Below the pieces are notes generated by a model. It ran no database searches. It was not told the origin of the DNA and saw only the letters and a list, made by a program, of their open reading frames with translations. A DNA stretch of 64,000 bases from Chloroflexota bacterium. Its GTDB lineage: Bacteria > Chloroflexota > Dehalococcoidia > DSTF01 > RBG-16-68-14. Shown here one piece after another: positions 36,831 to 45,945 of this stretch (the stretch's first letter is position 1; every line of letters starts with the position of its first letter). The DNA lies in the NCBI GenBank assembly GCA_029262675.1, contig JAJCYW010000005.1:17402-81401 (forward strand). The letters are read 5' to 3'. The translations under genes and the position numbers were made by a program.

Positions 36831-36896
36831 GTCGCGCTGGCGATTGACATCGCTACGGCGATCAAATCGCGCTGGCGACTGAATCGCTAGGGTGAA
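36814..36896. repeat. Tandem 17-18-bp mini-palindrome array
   Basis: Units (A/G)TCGC-N4-GCGA(T/C) at 36831, 36849 and 36866, with degenerate units at 36814 and 36883. Confidence 0.65.
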
Positions 36897-36998
36897 TGAC
36901 GCCGGGTTCGCGCGACAGCGCTGCGCGGCGGTGGTATAATCCGCGCAGACAGGCGTCCACACGACACGGGATCCCCGGGGCGGAAGCGAGGGCCAATC

Positions 36999-39029
36999 AT
37001 GCGTTACCACGAAGATACTTCGATACGGAAACCTGCGACCGTCGTCGCGCTGGCCGGCCTCGCGGTTGCGGTCGTCGTCGTCGCGCTGCTGCTGCGCGGC
37101 GGCACCGCCAGCGCCAACCCCCGCACAGACTTCGTCGAGGTGTCGGTCGGTAGCCGCGCGACGTGCGGTCTCACCAGCGCCGGCGCCGTTGAGTGCTGGG
37201 GAGGGTTGCGCGGAACGGACCCACAGAGCCCGCTCGGCGTACGCGAGGCAATGCCAGTGCCGATTGCGGGTCTTGAGTCGAACATCGCGACCATTTCTTT
37301 CGGTGCGCAGGACAGCGCATGCGCAATGACCACTTCTGGTGATGTCGTCTGTTGGGGCCCAGCGTACCTTGACTGGCGGAATCCTGAAGCCGGGCAGGTA
37401 CCCATCAGGGGCATTGAAGCTCCGGCAGTTGCTCTATCAACCGGTGGTGATCGTGCCTGTGCGCTGACGACGAACGGCGATGTCTACTGTTGGAGCCATA
37501 TTGGTTTTACGTCCGCAAGCGCTCGTGTCGCAGCGGCTGTCCCGGCATTAGGCGGAGGAGTCACCGCTATTGCCAGCGGCGGACTGCACGCGTGCGCGCT
37601 CACATCCGGCGGCGCCGTGATGTGTTGGGGCGAAAACGAATATGGCCAGCTCGGCAACGGAACGACCTCAAGCAGCAGCGCCGCGGCACCCGTGGCGGGA
37701 CTGCAATCCGGCGTCGTCGCGGTCACGGCCGGGGCGCTGCATAGCTGCGCGCTTACGCAGGCCGGCGCTGTCTTCTGCTGGGGACATAACCGAGGCGCAG
37801 AACTTGGCAGTGGCGGCGGCGGGTTTTCGGATACACCTGTGTCAGTCGAAGGTTTCTCCTCCAGCGTGACTGAGATACGAGCGGGCTTCGGGCGGACGTG
37901 CGTGCGGCTGGACACCGGTGGATACGAGTGCTGGGGCGGGCAGTTCGGGTCGACGCCCGCGCCGCTGCCCGGCGCGGAGAGCGCCGTTGCCGACGTAACG
38001 CTAGGGTTCGATCACGCCTGTCTCCTCATGGAGGACGGCAGAATCCGTTGTTGGGGGAGTAACGGCATGGGCCAGCTTGGCGACGGCACGACGGACTTCC
38101 GTGTTAGCCCCGTCGACGTCGTCGCTACCGAAGCCAAAGCTGCGCCGACGCCGACGCCATGTCCGGCTGCAGGCTGCCCCGTTCCGACGCCAGCGCCGCC
38201 GTGCGCAGCGGAGACGTGCATGGGGCTGGCCGTGCTGGACGGCGAACGAAACATTGTCTGCCACAGCGCTCGTAGCGCGGACTGCGACTTACCCGTGGGC
38301 AGCGACTTCACGCTCGCCGTTGATGCGTTTGCCGTTCCGGAGGCCGGCTATTTCTTGGTGCAATCGTTCATCCAGTATGGCAGGTACGATCCCGGCGCGA
38401 GCGAGGACGGCGCTGGACCGGGAACGTGTCGCGACTTCCGTGACAACGGCCGCCCCACCATCTTTCCCGCACCTCCCGGGTCCTCAGATGGCTACGATTG
38501 GCTGGATGACGAATGTATGTCTGCCGACCTCGTCTATGAAGCTGCGGTGTCGCCTTACGATGAAGTTGTTTGGCCCGATGTCGCACTGGCCCTGAACTAT
38601 GCACCCTTTGGCTTCATCAGCAACGGGGGGTTCTCCGGCCTGCTCCCACCGCTGACGGTGAGCACGCACACCGGCTTTGTCGTGAAACTGGCCATGAGTT
38701 GCTCGCCGCATGAAAGCGTGTCAAGTGTGGACCTGCTTCCCAAAGACCATTTCATCGCCGGTACGTCCGGCGCGGCATTCGCCGGGCCAGAAGAGGGAGA
38801 TCATTACCGACCGGACGTGAGCGGCCTGCGGGTCGGCTGCTGCGACGAGACCGTGACGAGCGTCGACGCGCTGTTTATCCTCCAGTTCGAGGCGGATCTG
38901 ACGGATAGTGTGTCCTGCGGATTCGATGGCGACGTGGACGCTGACGGTGACGTCGATTCTATCGACGCGGCGCTGACGCTGCAGTTCGTGGCGGGGCTGT
39001 TAGACCAGTTGCCGAGGGATATCAGCTAG
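36999..39029 (+). CDS. Secreted RCC1/BLIP-II-repeat propeller + cohesin-like + dockerin protein
   Basis: HACALTSGGAVMCWGENEYGQLG-type repeats; VC..DCDLPVGSDFTL..GYF domain; GDVDADGDVDSIDAALTLQFVAGLL. Confidence 0.83.
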   Translation: MRYHEDTSIRKPATVVALAGLAVAVVVVALLLRGGTASANPRTDFVEVSVGSRATCGLTSAGAVECWGGLRGTDPQSPLGVREAMPVPIAGLESNIATISFGAQDSACAMTTSGDVVCWGPAYLDWRNPEAGQVPIRGIEAPAVALSTGGDRACALTTNGDVYCWSHIGFTSASARVAAAVPALGGGVTAIASGGLHACALTSGGAVMCWGENEYGQLGNGTTSSSSAAAPVAGLQSGVVAVTAGALHSCALTQAGAVFCWGHNRGAELGSGGGGFSDTPVSVEGFSSSVTEIRAGFGRTCVRLDTGGYECWGGQFGSTPAPLPGAESAVADVTLGFDHACLLMEDGRIRCWGSNGMGQLGDGTTDFRVSPVDVVATEAKAAPTPTPCPAAGCPVPTPAPPCAAETCMGLAVLDGERNIVCHSARSADCDLPVGSDFTLAVDAFAVPEAGYFLVQSFIQYGRYDPGASEDGAGPGTCRDFRDNGRPTIFPAPPGSSDGYDWLDDECMSADLVYEAAVSPYDEVVWPDVALALNYAPFGFISNGGFSGLLPPLTVSTHTGFVVKLAMSCSPHESVSSVDLLPKDHFIAGTSGAAFAGPEEGDHYRPDVSGLRVGCCDETVTSVDALFILQFEADLTDSVSCGFDGDVDADGDVDSIDAALTLQFVAGLLDQLPRDIS

Positions 39030-39113
39030 CGGTTAGTGGCTGGGCGCCCGTCAGGGCGCCCGAACTCCAAGCCAATCGGCTGCGAAGCGCGGTGTTGAAT
39101 GGGCGGCTACCTG

Positions 39114-39165
39114 GGACTTCGCGAAGCGAAGTCCAAGCTAATTGGCTGAGACGCAGCCAATTAGC
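39114..39165. terminator. Two hairpins at a convergent junction
   Basis: GGACTTCGC/GCGAAGTCC and GCTAATTGGCTG/CAGCCAATTAGC. Confidence 0.6.
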
Positions 39166-40318
39166 CGCAGGGCGCCGCGGGCTTTGTCAGGTCAGGCGCG
39201 GCGTTGCCGAGGTCCGAGTTGACCTCGCCTGGCGTGACGGACGTGTTATCCACCAGACCAAAGGCATCGAACGGCCAGTAGATCAGCCAGGCCTGGCCGA
39301 TCAAATTCTCCTTGGGCAGCGCGCCCCAGGAGTGCGAATCGGAGCTGTTGTTGCGGTTGTCGCCCAGCACGAATAGGTGATCCGGCGGGACAACGTCCGG
39401 CCCGTAGCTGTAGACCGGCTTCTCGGAGATGTAGGGCTCGTCCAGCGGCTCGCCGTCGATGAAGACCGTACAGTCGCGTACCTCCACGGTCTCGCCGGGC
39501 AGGCCGATGACGCGCTTGATGAAGTCGCGCTCCGGTCCAGACGTCGGCTGCGTCAGCGAGCGGAAGACGACGACGTCGCCGCGTTTGGGACCGCGGAAGA
39601 GGTACCGCGTAGGATCGTCGCCCGGATCGACGAACGGGACGAACTTGCTCACCGTCTCCATGTTGATCTCCCAGTAGAGCGATTTGTTCACAAGCACGTA
39701 CCACTGGTTCTCGAAGGTGGGCTCCATACTGCGGCCCTCCACCTGGAAATTCTGCACTACGGCGCGCACCAGCAGAAAGATCAGGAGCGCCAGGATGATC
39801 GTCTCCGCCACCTCGCGCAGGCCGCGGCCCAGCGGCCGCCACATGCGACGCTTGTGTCGCGGCTCCGGCTGCCGGAACGACTCGCGCGCGCCCGGAGGCG
39901 GCGCCCACGGCGGCGGCGTCGCCGGCGGCGAGTAGTGCGGCAGACCGGTCGTAGGCGGTGGGGAGATGAGGGCAGGCGCGGCGTGGGGCGGCCCCGGAGC
40001 CGCGGACGGTGCAGGCGGACGTTCCGTCACAATTGCGGCGGGACGGCCTGGCGTCAAGCCGTCGCGCTGCGCGATCGGACTCTCGTCGGAAGCGGGCTGG
40101 CCGTCTCCGGCTGTTGGTGGATTCGGGGCTGCTTCTGCGGGCTCGTGTCGCGGCTGGACCGGGCGAATGCCGGGTGTTGGCTCGCCGGGCGCCGGTGTCG
40201 AGGCGATATCACGGCGAAAAGGCCCAGCGTGAGAGGCCCCCGGTGGGGAGTTCTCGCTGGGCGTATTCGCCGGCTGCTCCAGGTCCGGGTCGCGCTCGTC
40301 GCGGGGAACTTCTGTCAT
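39161..40318 (-). CDS. lepB: Signal peptidase I with Pro-rich N-terminal extension
   Basis: VEGRSMEPT (Ser), DFIKRVIG (Lys), VLGDNRNNSSDSH. Start estimated at ATG 40318. Confidence 0.92.
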   Translation of the reverse strand: MTEVPRDERDPDLEQPANTPSENSPPGASHAGPFRRDIASTPAPGEPTPGIRPVQPRHEPAEAAPNPPTAGDGQPASDESPIAQRDGLTPGRPAAIVTERPPAPSAAPGPPHAAPALISPPPTTGLPHYSPPATPPPWAPPPGARESFRQPEPRHKRRMWRPLGRGLREVAETIILALLIFLLVRAVVQNFQVEGRSMEPTFENQWYVLVNKSLYWEINMETVSKFVPFVDPGDDPTRYLFRGPKRGDVVVFRSLTQPTSGPERDFIKRVIGLPGETVEVRDCTVFIDGEPLDEPYISEKPVYSYGPDVVPPDHLFVLGDNRNNSSDSHSWGALPKENLIGQAWLIYWPFDAFGLVDNTSVTPGEVNSDLGNAAPDLTKPAAPCG

Positions 40319-40444
40319 GATATGTGCGTCTGTACGAGTATAGCATAGGGGCCGGTTCGCTCTTATGCAAAGCAGTCTCAACGAAGTGTCGGCCGCGCGT
40401 GTTTCGGCGGCCAACGCGCAACAGCTACCGGAAAGGGGAACAGA

Positions 40445-41179
40445 ATGTCGAAGATCGTAATCGCCCTGATCGGAATCATGACGCTTGGCTTGCTGGCCGT
40501 GGCATGCAGCGAGACGACGACAATCCAGCCGCAAGGGGAGGCGGCGCCCAACGTCAGCGTCAGCGGCTCCGGCTCCGCGTTCGGCATTCCGGACGTCGCT
40601 GTGTTATCGCTCGGCGTTCAGGCCGAGGCGCCGACGGTGGGCGAGGCGCGCACGGAGGCCGCCGATGCAATGAACGCCATGCTGGACGCGCTGAAGGACG
40701 GCGGTGTGGACGAGGACGACATCCAGACCACGCGCTTCTCCGTCTACCCGCAGTACGACTATCGAAACGAGGGGCCGCCTAAGCTCACGGGGTTTATCGT
40801 CGAGAACCAGGTGACCGTGAAGATCCGGGAGATCGACGACACCGGCGACCTGATCGACGCTGCCGTCGCGGCAGGCGGCGACGTTGCCCGGGTGGATGAC
40901 CTGCGCTTCACCATCGACGACCCGTCCGCGCTGGAGGACGAAGCGCGCATAGCGGCGATGGAGGAGGCGAAGGCCAAGGCGGAGACGCTGGCGGACGCGG
41001 CCGGCGTATCGGTCGGCAAGCCGAGGTCGATCTCCGAGAGCGGTGGTGTCTCGCCCATTGCGTTCGACGAACGGGCCTATGCCCTTGCGGCAGACTTCGC
41101 CGAGGGTGGTTCAACACCTATCGAGACGGGTGAGTTGGAGGTCCGCGTGCAGGTCCACGTGGTGTTCGACCTGGAATAG
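40445..41179 (+). CDS. SIMPL/DUF541 family lipoprotein
   Basis: Lipobox AVAC; VSVSGSG..PDVAVLSLGV, DIQTTRFSVYPQY, AKAETLADAAGV. Confidence 0.85.
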   Translation: MSKIVIALIGIMTLGLLAVACSETTTIQPQGEAAPNVSVSGSGSAFGIPDVAVLSLGVQAEAPTVGEARTEAADAMNAMLDALKDGGVDEDDIQTTRFSVYPQYDYRNEGPPKLTGFIVENQVTVKIREIDDTGDLIDAAVAAGGDVARVDDLRFTIDDPSALEDEARIAAMEEAKAKAETLADAAGVSVGKPRSISESGGVSPIAFDERAYALAADFAEGGSTPIETGELEVRVQVHVVFDLE

Positions 41180-41180
41180 G

Positions 41181-41325
41181 GGTTACGGCTGAGGCCGTAA
41201 CCTTGCAGTCGCCTCCGGCGACTGCGGGCCTTTCAGTGTGGCCGGAAGTCTGGAGTCGCCTCCGACGACTGTAAGGCCGGCAGTTACGCAGCACGAGGCG
41301 GGTAGTCGCCGGAGCCGACTGCAAG
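41181..41325. repeat. REP/BIME-like palindrome cluster
   Basis: GGTTACGGC/GCCGTAACC plus three AGTCG(CC)..CGACT palindromes (41205, 41254, 41304). Confidence 0.6.
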
Positions 41326-41370
41326 GCGGCCGCGAAGCGCCCGACCGGCGGCCTATAGGGAGGTTCCCGC

Positions 41371-41399
41371 TTGCTTCCTGACCGTCGCATCAGTAGAAT
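41371..41399 (+). promoter_or_regulatory. Sigma70-like promoter for rpsU
   Basis: TTGCTT-17-TAGAAT. Confidence 0.6.
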
Positions 41400-41454
41400 G
41401 CAGGAGCTTAGGAACCTGTTCCAACCATAACCATGTGAGTAAGGAGAGGATAGC

Positions 41455-41658
41455 TTGGCGGAAGTATTTGTCGGCGAGCGAGAATCGCTTGAGTCTGCGC
41501 TCAAGCGCTTCACGAAGCGCGTGCAGCAGTACGGTATCCTCTCCGAGGCACGCCGCCGCCGTCACTACGAAAAGCCCAGTGTGAAGCGCAAGCGAAAGGC
41601 CGCGGCAAAACGCCGCAAGTCGGCCCGCAGCGCCAGCGCAGCTATGTCCCGCCAATAA
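41455..41658 (+). CDS. rpsU: 30S ribosomal protein S21
   Basis: [25 protein letters not shown]; AAGGAG RBS. Confidence 0.95.
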   Translation: MAEVFVGERESLESALKRFTKRVQQYGILSEARRRRHYEKPSVKRKRKAAAKRRKSARSASAAMSRQ

Positions 41659-41682
41659 CGCGGGACTGCTGCTATCCACCGC

Positions 41683-42156
41683 ATGTCCATCCAGACACAG
41701 TTGGCCTCCGACCTCAAGGACGCGATGCGTGATCGCGACGAGCGCCGTCGCGCTACGCTGCGGCTGACGTTGGCGGCGCTGCACAACGCGGAGATCGCGG
41801 CCGGCGAGGAGCTGGACGACGACGCGGGGCTGGCGGTGCTGGCGAAAGAGGCGAACAAGCGGCGCGAGAGCGTTGAGGAGTTCAAGAAGGCCGGCCGCGA
41901 TGAGATGGTTGAGAAGGAGGAGGCGGAGCTCCGAATCCTGGCCGCCTACCTGCCGGAAGCCGTCTCCCGCGACGAGATCGTCGCCGCAGCACGGAAGGTG
42001 ATAGACGAGACCGGAGCGGCCGGCATCAAAGAGATCGGCAAGGTGATGCCGGTGCTGATGCAGGAGCTCCGCGGCCGGGCCGACGGTCGTCTCGTCAACG
42101 AGGTCGTTCGCGAACTGCTGGACGAGACACAGGTTCCCCACGGCTCGACTGAATAG
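41683..42156 (+). CDS. GatB/YqeY domain protein
   Basis: LKDAMRDRD, EANKRRESVEEFKKAGR, GKVMPVLM, GRADG; follows rpsU. Confidence 0.92.
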   Translation: MSIQTQLASDLKDAMRDRDERRRATLRLTLAALHNAEIAAGEELDDDAGLAVLAKEANKRRESVEEFKKAGRDEMVEKEEAELRILAAYLPEAVSRDEIVAAARKVIDETGAAGIKEIGKVMPVLMQELRGRADGRLVNEVVRELLDETQVPHGSTE

Positions 42157-42247
42157 CTCACGGTCCGCGTCCCCATGTCCCCCGTGAACATGCGCAGCGG
42201 CCTGCCGCAGGATATGCCCCGCAATATGCCACGTGATAAGATAGGTC

Positions 42248-44449
42248 GTGGCGTCGCAGCAGATGGATGAGCGAGGTACGCGCGCGCTAAGGCCGGCGCA
42301 GGTCATCCTCTTCGGAGCGATACTGGCAGTCGCCCTCTTCGTCGCGCTCTTCCCGTACTTTCCCCGGCAGCTAGGCGTCAGCGAAGGCAATGTCGCCTCA
42401 CGCGAGATCCGCTCGCCTCGGGACAAGACGTTCGTTAGCCAGACACTCACCGAACAGGCTCGCGAATCGCTGGCGGCCGCAGTGGGCGACGTGCTGGTGC
42501 CGGACGCGAACGTGGCGGCAGATCAGGTCGAACTGCTCGACGAGATCATCGTGAGCATTGGCCAAGTGCGGGAGAGCGCCTCTTTGGACCAGCCTGCCAA
42601 GCGCCAAGAGTTGCTCCGCATCGTCGACCGCGAAAGCACCGACACGATCCTGGCCCTGGAGGACGACCGCTGGCAGCGTGTCGTCGTCGAGTCAGGCCAG
42701 GTCCTGGGCGTCACGTTGAGCGGACCGATTTCGCCTGGCGGCGCGGAGGAGGTGCGCGATGGCCTGATCCAGCAGGTCAGCCCCGACTTCGCCGCGGACG
42801 AGGCGAGGCTCGTCGCCGACCTGCTGCGACCGTACGTCGTGCCGACGCTCGTCATTGATGAAGCGGCGACAGAAGAGGCGCAGGATCTGGCGCGGCAGAG
42901 CGTAGAGCCGCAATTGCAGACAGTGTTCCGTAACCAGGTGATCGTCTCTGAAGGCGAAGCAATTGACGCCACGGCCGTCGAGATGCTGGAGGAGGTCGGC
43001 CTGCTGTCGCCGCGCGTCGAGATCGAGAACCTGGCGTCGGTGGCGCTGATCGCCGCGCTGGCCGCGACGCTGCTGGCGCTCTATCTCTGGGCGTTCCCGG
43101 TGTCGTCGATCAAGTCGAGCCGCAACCTCGTACTGCTGGCCTTGATCGTCGCCGTGCCGGTGCTGCTGGGCAAGCTCCACTTCTCGCTCGTGTTACCGGA
43201 TGAAAGCCGTCGCTTCGTCGCCTACTTCCTGCCGCTGGCGGCCGCGCCGATGCTGATCGCGACGCTGCTGTCGGCGCGTCTGGGCGTCGTGATCGGCCTG
43301 ATTCAGGCGGCGCTGCTGATGTTCGCCGTCGTCAGCCTGCCGGACCTCTCGCTCGTCGAAACGATCGACCCGGTAGATGCCGGCCGGGTGATGCTCGTCT
43401 ACGGTCTGGCCAGCACTATGGGCGTCTTCGCCGTGAGGCGAGCCGAGCGCACTAACCAGTACGCCGCCGCGGGCATCCTCGTCGGCCTCGTCTCGGGTGT
43501 TGGGCTTCTTGCGTTCTGGCTGCTGGAGCCGCAGCGCGAGCTGATCGACCTGGGTTGGATGGCGGCGGCGGCCACGGCTAGCGGGCTGGGCAGCGGGTTG
43601 CTGACGGCAGGCGGCTTCGTCGCCGTCGGCGCGTTGCTCGGCGTGACGACCCGTGTGCAGCTGATGGAGCTGTCGCAACTCAACGCGCCGCTTCTGCGCC
43701 GGCTGCAGGACGAAGCGCCCGGTACGTTCCACCACAGCATCATCGTCGGCAACCTGGCGGAGCGAGCAGCCGACCTGATCGGCGCCGACTCCTTGCTCGT
43801 GCGCGTGGGCTGCTACTACCACGACCTGGGCAAGGTTGCGCAGCCCGGCTTCTACATCGAAAACCAGCTGGCCGGGGACAATCCGCACGATGGCATGGAC
43901 CCCAAGGAGAGCGCCCGCATCATCGCCCGCCACGTGCAGGCCGGCGTCGATCTGGCGCAGCGGCACGGCCTGCCGGAGCGTGTGCAGGACTTCATTCCGC
44001 AGCACCACGGGACGCGGCTCGTCACCTACTTCTACCGCAAGGCCAGCCTGCAGGACCCCAACGCAGACCAGAGCTTCTTCCGCTACCCCGGCCCGAAGCC
44101 GCAGAGCCGGGAGACGGCGTTGGTGATGCTGGCCGACTCCGTCGAGGCAACGACGCGGGCTAGCGAGGACCGCTCGTCGGAGCGAATCGACGAGATCGTC
44201 GAGGAAGTGGTGGGAGATCGGCTGGCGGAGGGCGAGCTGGAGGAGTGCGACCTCACACTGCGCGACATCCGCAGTGTCGCCGCGTCGTTCAAGCGGACGA
44301 TGCGCGCCGTCTACCACCCGCGTATCGCCTATCCGGAGCCGACCGACCAGGAGCGTGGCGCCAGCCTGGGCCGCTTCCGGCCCGGTCGCCGCACGCCCCC
44401 GCCCCTGCCCGAGGCACCCGCGCCAGCGCCGGGCGGCCCGCCTACCTAG
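42248..44449 (+). CDS. 7TM-HD phosphohydrolase (PgpH-like, candidate c-di-AMP phosphodiesterase)
   Basis: Extracellular domain, TM bundle, EAPGTFHHS, YYHDLGK, QHHGT, MLADSVEA. Confidence 0.88.
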   Translation: MASQQMDERGTRALRPAQVILFGAILAVALFVALFPYFPRQLGVSEGNVASREIRSPRDKTFVSQTLTEQARESLAAAVGDVLVPDANVAADQVELLDEIIVSIGQVRESASLDQPAKRQELLRIVDRESTDTILALEDDRWQRVVVESGQVLGVTLSGPISPGGAEEVRDGLIQQVSPDFAADEARLVADLLRPYVVPTLVIDEAATEEAQDLARQSVEPQLQTVFRNQVIVSEGEAIDATAVEMLEEVGLLSPRVEIENLASVALIAALAATLLALYLWAFPVSSIKSSRNLVLLALIVAVPVLLGKLHFSLVLPDESRRFVAYFLPLAAAPMLIATLLSARLGVVIGLIQAALLMFAVVSLPDLSLVETIDPVDAGRVMLVYGLASTMGVFAVRRAERTNQYAAAGILVGLVSGVGLLAFWLLEPQRELIDLGWMAAAATASGLGSGLLTAGGFVAVGALLGVTTRVQLMELSQLNAPLLRRLQDEAPGTFHHSIIVGNLAERAADLIGADSLLVRVGCYYHDLGKVAQPGFYIENQLAGDNPHDGMDPKESARIIARHVQAGVDLAQRHGLPERVQDFIPQHHGTRLVTYFYRKASLQDPNADQSFFRYPGPKPQSRETALVMLADSVEATTRASEDRSSERIDEIVEEVVGDRLAEGELEECDLTLRDIRSVAASFKRTMRAVYHPRIAYPEPTDQERGASLGRFRPGRRTPPPLPEAPAPAPGGPPT

Positions 44450-44542
44450 CAGCGCCGCGCGGCCGTATACTCGAGGTGACAGCGCGGCTTTTGACTCGAG
44501 GTGAATGATGCCACGTCACACCAGTTGCGGATCCGGAGCGTG

Positions 44543-45247
44543 ATGCGTTTCGCCATCGTCGTCTTTCCCGGCACCTGGAGCGACCGCGATTGCCAGTACG
44601 TGCTGCGGGACGTGCTAGGCCAGCAGGCCGACCTCGTCTGGCACCGCGAGTCGAGCCTCGACGGCTACGACTGCATCGTCCTCCCCGGCGGCTTCTCCTA
44701 CGGCGACTACCTGCGGTGCGGCGCCATTGCGCGCTTCTCGCCGGTGATGGCCGCCGTTGCCCGCCACGCGGAGGCCGGCAGGCCGGTGTTCGGAATCTGC
44801 AACGGCTTCCAGATTCTCTGCGAGGCGGGGCTGCTGCCGGGCGTGCTGCGCCGCAATGACAGCCTCCAGTTTCGCTGCGAGGACACGTTCTTGCGCGCCG
44901 AGAACGTGGCGACGCCGTTCACGTCTACGCTCGAATTGGGCCAGGTGATCACGATCCCGATATCGCACGCCGAGGGCAGCTACTACGCCGACGACACCAC
45001 GCTCGACGAACTGGAATCGAACGGCCGCGTCGCGTTCCGCTACTGCAACGCGGACGGCGAGCCGGCGCCGGAGTCCAATCCCAACGGATCGGTGCGTAAC
45101 ATCGCGGGCGTCGTCAACGAGCGCGGGAACGTGCTGGGCATGATGCCGCACCCGGAACGCGCGGGCGAAGAGCTGATGGGCGGCAGCGACGGCCTGCTGC
45201 TCTGGCGCGGCGTGATCGAGAGCGGCGTGGAGGCGGTAGTAGGGTGA
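44543..45247 (+). CDS. purQ: Phosphoribosylformylglycinamidine synthase subunit PurQ
   Basis: [28 protein letters not shown]. Confidence 0.96.
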   Translation: MRFAIVVFPGTWSDRDCQYVLRDVLGQQADLVWHRESSLDGYDCIVLPGGFSYGDYLRCGAIARFSPVMAAVARHAEAGRPVFGICNGFQILCEAGLLPGVLRRNDSLQFRCEDTFLRAENVATPFTSTLELGQVITIPISHAEGSYYADDTTLDELESNGRVAFRYCNADGEPAPESNPNGSVRNIAGVVNERGNVLGMMPHPERAGEELMGGSDGLLLWRGVIESGVEAVVG

Positions 45248-45356
45248 ATCCCCACCTCGGTCATACCTCCCTCGTGTGGGAGTGGCGTGACCGAACTTGG
45301 GGCTAGTGGCCGAGAAGACGGACCCGCGCGGGCGGTAGCAGGCAAGGAGGCCAACA

Positions 45357-45941
45357 ATGGCAGAGGCACCGACAGCGAGCTATCCACTTTCCTATGACGT
45401 TGAGTATCCCGGCGAGTTATCGCGCTGGCTGATCTTCGTCAAGGGACTGCTGGCGATTCCGCACATCATCATCCTCTACGCGCTGAGCATCGCCACCGGC
45501 GTCGTCACGATGATCGCCTGGTTCGCCATCCTCATCACGAAGCGCTATCCGCGGGAGATGTTCTCGTTCGTGGTGAACGTCAATCGCTGGGGCGCAAACG
45601 TGATGAGCTATGTGCTGCTGCTGCGGGATGAGTATCCGCCATTCTCCTGGGAGCCGGGTCAGTACCCAGTCATCTATGATGTTGAGTATCCGGAAGAGCT
45701 ATCGCGCTGGCTGATCTTCGTCAAGTGGATACTCATCATCCCGCACATCATCATCATCTACTTCCTGTACCTGGTCGCGTTCCTGGCGCTCTTCGGTGCG
45801 TGGTTCTCGATTCTATTCACGAAGAAGTTTCCAGAATCCTGGTTCAACTTCATCGTCGGCGTCTTGCGCTGGCAGCTTCGCGTGAACGCCTATGCCAACC
45901 TGATGCTCGACGAGTACCCGCCGTTCAGCACGAATCCGTAG
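45357..45941 (+). CDS. DUF4389-like protein (two internal repeats)
   Basis: Two copies of LSRWLIFVK..LxIPH..DEYPPFS. Confidence 0.85.
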   Translation: MAEAPTASYPLSYDVEYPGELSRWLIFVKGLLAIPHIIILYALSIATGVVTMIAWFAILITKRYPREMFSFVVNVNRWGANVMSYVLLLRDEYPPFSWEPGQYPVIYDVEYPEELSRWLIFVKWILIIPHIIIIYFLYLVAFLALFGAWFSILFTKKFPESWFNFIVGVLRWQLRVNAYANLMLDEYPPFSTNP

Positions 45942-45945
45942 CGCA

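Noticed and set aside
39161-40534. 457-aa LepB as listed in the track
   Set aside because: The extension runs into the divergent SIMPL gene; ATG 40318 is more plausible.
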